A stretch of 64,000 bases of DNA, taken from Myxococcaceae bacterium (GTDB taxonomy: Bacteria; Myxococcota_A; Polyangia; Polyangiales; Ga0077539). A program made the position numbers and the translations under genes. The stretch lies in NCBI GenBank assembly GCA_004297725.1, contig SCUS01000095.1, forward strand, positions 28,065 through 92,064, written 5' to 3'. This document shows positions 57,877 to 64,000 of this stretch, in pieces; position 1 is the stretch's first letter; every line of letters starts with the position of its first letter. The notes below the pieces were generated by a model, which was not told the DNA's origin, did not search any database, and was given only the letters and a program-made list of their open reading frames with translations.

Positions 57877-58802
57877 CGCGCGAGACGCCCGCCGGCACCA
57901 TCACGGTCACCGCGCTCTGCGCGATGCTCCGCGTCTCCCGCTCGGGCTACTACGCGGCGCGACGCGCGTGCGAGCACGACCGAGAGGCCGCCGCCACGCC
58001 GTCGGCGACCGAGGAGCGCTCGGCCGAGGCAAGGGACGATCGACCCCCACCCAGGGGTCGACGGCCCGCCGCGTCGGTCGAGCGCGTGGTGGCAGCCCTG
58101 CACGAGGTCATCGCGCGACACCCCGCCTGGGGCGTGCGCAAGGCGTGGGCGACGCTTCGACGCGACGGGCTGGTGGTGGCGCGCAAGCGGGTCTGGGCGC
58201 GGATGAAGCGCGAGGGGCTGCTCTTCCGCTCGTCGCGCGAGGCCGTGGCGTCGCCGCGCGGGCACGTCTGGGTGCCCGAGCCCAATCGGCGGTTCGCGAC
58301 GGACCTGACGATGGTGTGGACGCGGCGCGAGGGGTGGGTGGCGGTGGCGCCGACGATCGACTGCGGGTGCCGCAGCGTGCTGGGGCTGGTGGTGTCCCGG
58401 AGCCAGGAGGCTCGGGTAGTGCTGGCGTCGGTCGATCAGGCGCTGGAGGCGGCATTCAGGGAGCCGTCGGGGGTGCCCGAGGGGGTGGAGCTGCGCACCG
58501 ACCACGGGTCGCAGTACACGGGCGGGGATTGCCGGGGGCTGCTGGGGCGCTGGGGCGTCGAGCAGACCTTCTCGCCGGTAGGCCGACCGACGGGGTACGC
58601 GGTCGTCGAGCGCCTGCACCGCACGCTCAAGGAGGAGGTGATCTGGCTGCAGGACTGGGAGGACGCCGCAGAGGTGGAGCGCGCCATGCGCGCGTGGGTG
58701 CAGACGTACAACGAGGCGCGCCCTCACCAGGCGCTGGGATGGAGAACGCCGTCGGAGTACCGCGCCGAGCGGCTCGGTGGAGGGATCGCCATGGCCGCGT
58801 GA
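57675..58802 (+). CDS. IS3-family transposase OrfB (rve/DDE integrase core); the frame is open from 57675 and is probably expressed as OrfAB by a -1 frameshift around 57.83-57.88 kb
   Basis: ITVTALCAMLRVSRSGYY...NRRFATDLTMVW...VAPTIDCGCRSVLG...LRTDHGSQYTG...FSPVGRPTGYAVVERLHRTLKEE...YNEARPHQALGWRTP shows the D, D, 35, E spacing. The frame is -1 relative to orfA. Confidence 0.8.
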   Translation: MAHRGPGRHPRGLRQGLQVAQGARAGAREPPAPRRGHRGLHPRGRAQAGAGGRSRRAPYTAREVAAVTRETPAGTITVTALCAMLRVSRSGYYAARRACEHDREAAATPSATEERSAEARDDRPPPRGRRPAASVERVVAALHEVIARHPAWGVRKAWATLRRDGLVVARKRVWARMKREGLLFRSSREAVASPRGHVWVPEPNRRFATDLTMVWTRREGWVAVAPTIDCGCRSVLGLVVSRSQEARVVLASVDQALEAAFREPSGVPEGVELRTDHGSQYTGGDCRGLLGRWGVEQTFSPVGRPTGYAVVERLHRTLKEEVIWLQDWEDAAEVERAMRAWVQTYNEARPHQALGWRTPSEYRAERLGGGIAMAA

Positions 58803-58899
58803 GAGACGATCAAGACAGCGCGGGAGCCACACCCGATTCCCGACCCGCGACCTGTCTTGACTTCAAGGGGACACCACACCCGATGCATGATGCAGCCAT

Positions 58900-59289
58900 T
58901 CAGATGGTCGCGGCGAGCTTCGGGTTCGTCCAGCGATCGCAGCGGAGAGCTACGCCGCGCGGGCAGCCGTCGCGGCCTGAGGAGCGCTCACGGGCCGGGC
59001 TTGGGGAGTCCTTGGGCTCGTCCTCGTTAGCCTCGTTATCCCTGATGACGTCGTCGTGGATGGCCTCGCGGATGACTCGCTCGGTAAGGTCGGCGAGGTG
59101 CTTCTCCAACTCCGCCGAGAGGGCGAGATACTCCGGCCAGAGGGTCTTGTCGTGGAACCTGCGGGGCGCCAGGACGAGCACCGTGCTGCGGCGCTGCCCA
59201 GGCTCCCGGTAGGGCGCGAGGCCATAGCGACGGCAGACAGCGACGAAGAGCTTGCGCTTCCAGGGGTCGTGCAGGCTGTAGGACATCAC
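58900..59289 (-). CDS. hypothetical protein
   Basis: 129-aa ORF with plausible composition in its first ~80 aa (LHDPWKRKLFVAVCRRYGLAPYREPGQRRSTVLVLAPRRFHDKTLWPEYLALSAELEKHLADL). The stop lies 12 nt from the IS3 right end. Confidence 0.4.
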   Translation of the reverse strand: MMSYSLHDPWKRKLFVAVCRRYGLAPYREPGQRRSTVLVLAPRRFHDKTLWPEYLALSAELEKHLADLTERVIREAIHDDVIRDNEANEDEPKDSPSPARERSSGRDGCPRGVALRCDRWTNPKLAATI

Positions 59290-59589
59290 GATGTCCCACC
59301 ACTCAGCCTGGATCTCGGGCTCAGGAGGCGCTGGGAGCGCCCGGTCGCCACGGCTAAGCCCGCGCGAAACCCCTGAGAAATAGGAGATCCGTGTAGGCGG
59401 TTGAGGCGCTTGCTATGGACACATCCCCCACCGCACGGAGCACGCCGAGGGTGCGTCGCGATGTGGCCGGTGACAAGCGCCCCGACGGCCGACATCGCAC
59501 TCTCATCCGCCGCCGCCCAGCCCTGGCGGACATCCATGTCTGCCCCGCGGGTCCGGCTCATCGTCTGACACCTCGGCCGTGGGGGGTCA

Positions 59590-60069
59590 TCATGCCGCCA
59601 GCGCGACCGGCTCAATGACGACGTCGTTCACTGCCAGTAGTCGTGAGAGCGCCGGGCTCCAGCGATCACTGAACGCCAGGGCCCGCAACTGGAGGACATG
59701 CTCGCCGGTGTCCTAGTGCCAACGCGCGCCGGGCCGCTTCATTCGCACTTCGACGAGACACTTGCATGTCGCCTCCACGTTGCCACTTCCGATGTGTAGA
59801 CCCGCGTCGCGGGCCTGCGCGTAGAGCATCCGCGAGGCGTGATGAGCCAGGTACGTCCGTGCCTCATGCAGCGGGCAGGACGTGTCCTTCGAGGGCGTCG
59901 GGACGTCCCACGACGCGATCTCCGCCGCGATCCGCTCGGCACCGTCGGGACGTTCGAGCAGCAGGGTCTTCCATCGAGTGAGCAACTTCGACCCCTCGGC
60001 CGCGCTCTCCGGGTGGCGGGCCTGGGCCGCGCGGCCGAGCTTCTCCGCCGCGTGCCAGTAGTCCACCAA
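59590..60069 (-). pseudogene. ISKra4-like transposase C-terminal fragment with an in-frame TAG
   Basis: VDYWHAAEKL...SRMLYAQARDAGLHIGSGNVEATCKCLVEVRMKRPGARW, then TAG (59713-59715), then in the same frame LQLRALAFSDRWSPAL... This matches the tail of ISKra4-type transposases as I recall them. No N-terminal part is present. Confidence 0.5.
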
Positions 60070-61312
60070 CTCTCGCCTGGCCCACGATGCACCGGCTGCG
60101 CGAACCCTTCACGCCCAGGCGGGTGATGGACACCGGTCCCGTCTCCAGACCGATGCCGAGACCGAGGGGCTTGGTATCCGGCATCTCGGCGTGGATGATG
60201 TCGAACGCGTCGCGCATCGCGGCCACGCACCAAAGGGCTTCGGACACGGTCTTCACGCGGTCGGTCGTCGCCGCGCCCTCGGCGAGCACGCCCTGCAGGC
60301 AGTCGCCGATGTACCGGACCTTCTTACCGCCGAAGTCCTGCAGCAAGTCGCGGAGTTCCTTGCGGATCACGTGCAGCGCGCGCACCGCGCTGCCGGCCTT
60401 GTCGGTCCCGGCCCGGTCGGCCACGAACTTCGTGAACCCGTCGACGTCCGCCATGATCGCGGCGGCCTCGATGCGCCGCGATGCGCCGGGTGAAAGCGCG
60501 TCGACGTCGAGGTCCGAGAGCGGCGGCGTCGGCCGGGTGAAGACGAAGTCCGAGATCGGGTTCTCCTTCACCTCGTCGCGCCACTGCTTGAGCATCTTGT
60601 CGAGGTCGAGCGTGAGGCCCGACTTCGTCACGCACTTGGAGATCTGGTCGGCCGTCAGGACCACGCTCGAGGGGGTCTTGGTCTCGAACTCCTTGCCCAG
60701 CGCGGCCCGGGCGACCGCGCCGAGATAGATGCCGTCGCTCGTCCCGCCGAGGAGCTTGGCCGCGTGGTTGGCAGGGTTCCCGAGAAAGAGGAGCTCGCGG
60801 TCGCCGCGCGTCCCGTTGCGCACCGCGAGCGCCACCCCGGACTCGATGCCGACGCGCACGCGGGCGTCTGCGAGCTCCTCATGAAGGTCGTCGGCCAGGG
60901 CGACGAGCTTCCGGAGGGAGTCCGCCACCGTTATGGCCACCGCAACGCGCTTGGCCTCGTCGTCGTAGGGCTTGTAGGTGATCAGGTGGGTGCGGTGGTT
61001 CTGCGCGTCGACGCGGTAGACGTCCGTGACGGAAAGAACCGCGGTGTGGAGCACGCGCTGGAAGATGTGGAGGTAGCGCAGGAGCCGCCTGTGCGAGCGC
61101 TCGGACTCCGTCTTGTCGGAGTCGAGGAGCTGGTCGGCGTTCACGATGTCGATGTAGGTGTGGACCCCGTCGACCCGGTACGCCTTCGTGAGCGGGATCG
61201 AGACCGTCGCTAGGTCGATCTCCCGGGTGAGGTCGACGACCTCGACGGAAGGAAGCGCCTTGAGTGCATCGCGGACTCGTGACTCACTGATTGAACGCTT
61301 CCACGCTGCCAT
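60070..61312 (-). pseudogene. tandem class III nucleotidyl cyclase-homology (CHD) protein, 3' end replaced by the IS fragment
   Basis: The second domain shows AAIMADVDGFTKFV (metal-binding Asp motif), VRYIGDCLQGVL and LGLGIGLETGPVSITRLG. The first domain is degenerate (HTYIDIVNADQLL, VRVGIESGVALAVRNG...FLGNPANHAAKL). After ...SRSRCIVG the track ORF (to 59864) reads wrong-frame through the transposase fragment, so the G..VN.AAR block of domain 2 is missing. Confidence 0.6.
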
Positions 61313-61499
61313 TTCTACGCTCCCCGCTGGCTGGTCTCTGCTTCACAACCACGGTCATCTGTTGGGCGCGGTCGTTGGCGTCCCGGCTGTAACCTCGCCG
61401 ATCACGCTCGGCAAGGCGAATTCAGCGATCATGGACATAGGCTGTCCCTGCAATCCCTCGCCGACGTCGCCAAGGAGAAGTTGATCGAGGCGCTGGCGG

Positions 61500-61812
61500 A
61501 GCGGGTGAGGTCGAGCGCGGTGCCGTTGGAGGTGAGGTCGATGTGACGCGCAACGAGGTCGGGGTGAGCGTTGGCATCCACCACAACACCAAAGAGTTCA
61601 CGGTGAGCACGATCCGGCAGTGGTGGCAGTAGATGGGACAGACTCCCTACACGGCCGCGACCTCGCAGGGCTGCTGGTGCCGGCGGATCGGGACGGCAGA
61701 AACGGGGCGCGCAAGCGTGTGTGGAAGAGCGAACTATAGTGCCTGGCGGACGACATTGAGCGCACCATCCACATTAGTCAGCTGCCGCCCGGCACCAGCA
61801 GCGAGGTCGCGG
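61500..61812 (+). pseudogene. ISAzo13-like transposase fragment with a stop and frameshifts
   Basis: NEVGVSVGIHHNTKEFTVSTIRQWWQ-stop is followed in shifted frames by LLVPADRDGRNGARKRVWKSEL-stop and LADDIERTIHISQLPPGTS. This parallels the conserved ...VSVG.DHDT..FAV.SIR.WW...LLI.ADGGGSNG.R.RLWK.ELQ.LAD....I.V.H.PPGTSKWN block. Confidence 0.5.
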
Positions 61813-61819
61813 CCGTGTC

Positions 61820-63277
61820 TCACAGCGTCGGGTCTCCGGTTAGTAGGAGGACGAAAGAGGCATCGCCGGGCAACGGCGGCGCATCGCGCGTACTTCCACC
61901 ATCGCCGCCCATGCCGGGGTCCGGGAGCAGGTTCTCCTCGAATTCGAACGCGAGCACCCCATCCGCGTCGGAGCGAACCAGATCACCGGTGGCCGGACTC
62001 GTCAGGCGTCCCCGACCGATCACCACGCGAACTTCAGTGTTCGCGAGCGGGAGGTGTCGGCCGTCCTGAAGCGTGCCGTCCAGGCGGACGACCACGCGCT
62101 GCGTATCACGGAGAAGCGTTCGGGAGATCAATGTCCGCTCGACATGGACGACGCGCCAGGGCGAGAGCTCGATGGTGCCGCTCGCCCGTTCGCCGCTCGG
62201 GGGAGTAACGGACCAGGTAATGGGTCTCGCGGGACCGCTCCAACCGAAGGCCACTTCGAGACTCGACGGGGCGGGACATTCGCCGCTGGGAGCACGAGCG
62301 AGGACCGGTGCCGACCCGCCCGGAGGGCCCGTGACACTACCGGCCGATGCGACCACCATCACGCTCGCGGGCGGCGCCCAGTTTGAGCAGAATGTGACGA
62401 CTGTTCGAGGCTGGAGGTTATCGATGCCGAGCAACCGTACCGAGCGCACGGCGCCTTGCCCTGGCGAAGTCTGGACGAAGAGCGTGGACCACGGACCCGA
62501 GGCCACGCGTGCTCGAACCAGCCCGAGGCCCCCATCGTGGGAGGCAAGCGCGCGATCGAATCGAGACGGATCGGAGCCGGGCAGCAGATCGAATGCGTCT
62601 TCGGACAACGCAGGGGCGGCCAGATCGAGTGTCCCCATCGCGGCGACCTCCACCCGGTGTGCACCCGTGGTCATCGGCGTCGGAGGAACCGTGACGCGTA
62701 CGCCGAGCGGCCCGGTCGTCCCAGCCACGAGCCCCCCTAGTCCGCACCGGATTCCTGCATCTTCCGGAGCGCACTCACTCGCAGCGGGGTCCGGGTTGTC
62801 GACCCCCGAATCGGCCGCGATCTCAGCCGCGCAGGCCTGATCGCGGCTCCCCCGGCAGAGCGTAAGCGTCGGTTGAACGGCCTCCACGTCCACCTGTTGG
62901 GACCATCGGTCGCTACCGACAGAGACCGAGAGACGAGCCGTGCCGCTCATGTTGGGCATGGGCACGAGGACATCGATCGCCGACTGGCCCGGAGACACGC
63001 GGAACGTCCGGGTCCAAGAGGGCGCCACATCCGCCGGTCCCATCGCCCCCGGATTGGTTAGGTCAACAAGAAGCGGGACATCGGCAGCACGCACCGCGAC
63101 GGCGACATGGAGATGGAGGCCAGGCCAGCGCCAGCGCCACCGCGTGACACCGGCATCTCCCTCCATAAGGCGCACCGAAAAGGAGCCCTCTTCGACAGCT
63201 GGGTGTGCGACCTCGTCGCACCCCAGGAATGACAGACCCAGAGCGAGCGGCATGGCGAGACGGGACATCGGTCTCAT
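61820..63277 (-). CDS. hypothetical lipoprotein (island cargo)
   Basis: MRPMSRLAMPLALGLSFLGC lipobox. 485 aa, beta-rich composition, no domain recognised. Confidence 0.55.
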   Translation of the reverse strand: MRPMSRLAMPLALGLSFLGCDEVAHPAVEEGSFSVRLMEGDAGVTRWRWRWPGLHLHVAVAVRAADVPLLVDLTNPGAMGPADVAPSWTRTFRVSPGQSAIDVLVPMPNMSGTARLSVSVGSDRWSQQVDVEAVQPTLTLCRGSRDQACAAEIAADSGVDNPDPAASECAPEDAGIRCGLGGLVAGTTGPLGVRVTVPPTPMTTGAHRVEVAAMGTLDLAAPALSEDAFDLLPGSDPSRFDRALASHDGGLGLVRARVASGPWSTLFVQTSPGQGAVRSVRLLGIDNLQPRTVVTFCSNWAPPASVMVVASAGSVTGPPGGSAPVLARAPSGECPAPSSLEVAFGWSGPARPITWSVTPPSGERASGTIELSPWRVVHVERTLISRTLLRDTQRVVVRLDGTLQDGRHLPLANTEVRVVIGRGRLTSPATGDLVRSDADGVLAFEFEENLLPDPGMGGDGGSTRDAPPLPGDASFVLLLTGDPTL

Positions 63278-63295
63278 GGCGTCCTTGGCGGTCCC

Positions 63296-63946
63296 CTACT
63301 GCAACGTCGGGAGGTTGTTGAACACCTTCGAGAAGGCGACCCGGAAGAGGTCTAGATCGAAGGTCAGTCCCAGGAACAAGCCCGGGCGCGGGAGCGAACG
63401 CGTGCCAAAGGTCGACGCGAGCGACGGCGGCGAGGAACTTTCGAGGACCACTCCACTTCCTACCCGCGCCGGGGACTCGCTTCCGCTCGACACATCGAGC
63501 GCGAAGGCGGCCGTCAGACCAACGCTGCCGTTCGAGAGAGTCAACCCCGGAAGGTAGAACCGCGACGTCGGATGAAGGAGGTCTACGCCTGCCGAGAGGC
63601 CAAAGGCCACGTGTGAGCCGGGCGCCTTCCGACCCAGCGGATAATAGGTCAGCAGCACCGGGACGCTCATTCGAACGTCTGCGAACGGTGCGTCAACCTG
63701 CCAACGGTCGGTGCCTGCGACCCGCGTTGCCGCGGGGGTCCCGGGCATCACCACATCCGCACCGAAGCCCGCGAGCACGCCGAAGTAGAACCTGCCGACG
63801 ACGTCGAGTGCATGTGCAGCGATGGTGGTGGCCGCGCCAGTCGCTCCCTGTGCCGAGATCTCCAGGCGGTACCGCCAGCCCCCGCCCAGCCGACCGATCC
63901 GTAGCACCCGCGTCCCAAGCATCTGCGCCGAGGCGCTGTCAACCAT
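63296..63946 (-). CDS. hypothetical protein, beta-rich (possible outer-membrane beta-barrel); start uncertain
   Basis: It lies 18 nt upstream of the lipoprotein gene on the same strand. Alternating hydrophobic patterns are visible (RYRLEISAQG, FYFGVLAGFGADVV, VAFGLSAGVDLL, LFLGLTFDLDLF). Confidence 0.4.
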   Translation of the reverse strand: MVDSASAQMLGTRVLRIGRLGGGWRYRLEISAQGATGAATTIAAHALDVVGRFYFGVLAGFGADVVMPGTPAATRVAGTDRWQVDAPFADVRMSVPVLLTYYPLGRKAPGSHVAFGLSAGVDLLHPTSRFYLPGLTLSNGSVGLTAAFALDVSSGSESPARVGSGVVLESSSPPSLASTFGTRSLPRPGLFLGLTFDLDLFRVAFSKVFNNLPTLQ

Positions 63947-64000
63947 CGGTACCTCGGTGCCGCCCGTACGGGTCGTCCGTACCTCCTGAGCATCAGCCGC

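Larger units (their letters stand above)
57397..58887 (+). mobile_element. IS3-family insertion sequence (~1.49 kb), apparently intact
   Basis: It has orfA plus orfB in the -1 frame. The imperfect terminal inverted repeats are TGCAGTACGGTGTTCCCCAAGGG...ACAGG at the left and CCTGT...CAAGGGGACACCACACCCGATGCA at the right. A 3-bp TGA flanks both ends (57394-57396 and 58888-58890). The element has high G+C, unlike the neighbouring cassette. Confidence 0.75.

Noticed and set aside
59864-61312. Calling a functional Pycsar system
   Set aside because: The cyclase-like gene is truncated before the end of its second catalytic domain. No TM or TIR effector gene follows it, only IS fragments.

Overview
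This is a high-GC bacterial chromosome segment. Hand counts of single 60-nt lines give about 67% G+C or more in the core, and GC3 bias is strong. The many long Arg/Ala/Pro-rich ORFs in the track are therefore wrong-frame artefacts. Gene content suggests Myxococcota (inference only): three eukaryote-like Ser/Thr kinases, many lipobox lipoproteins, and FG-GAP, RCC1, TSP3 and Cys-rich repeat proteins.

Positions 1-49.4 kb look like core genome. They carry two parvulin-type PPIases, an ABC-F ATPase, a UspA protein, a three-gene SoxAB/HcnABC-like flavoenzyme operon, tRNA-Gly(GCC), a LolC/E permease, a sigma-70 factor, an hprK-rapZ-ptsH-ptsI operon, a giant lipoprotein plus a FadL-like porin, yhbY, gpsA, aminopeptidase P, a kinase/FHA regulator pair and several secreted repeat proteins.

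At about 50,134 a comM/yifB gene is cut exactly at its Walker-A box. Everything to its right (at least 13.9 kb, running off the window) is an accessory island of mixed, mostly lower G+C. Hand-counted lines in the 54.2-57.1 kb cassette give 43-58% G+C; the embedded IS elements are high-GC.

The island carries:
- a RES toxin without its canonical antitoxin;
- a membrane-anchored XRE regulator;
- a 2TM-macro-like (ThsA type II-like) protein;
- a tightly coupled three-gene cassette (TIR-like DUF4062 protein, PNP-fold nucleosidase-like protein, EEP nuclease/phosphatase);
- a 3'-truncated tandem class III nucleotidyl-cyclase gene;
- one apparently intact IS3 element and remnants of at least three other IS families (IS66, ISKra4-like, ISAzo13-like).

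The three-gene cassette at 54,180-57,097 is my best candidate for an undescribed defence or conflict system. The RES/XRE/macro locus is second. All family assignments come from motif recognition by eye, with no searches run.
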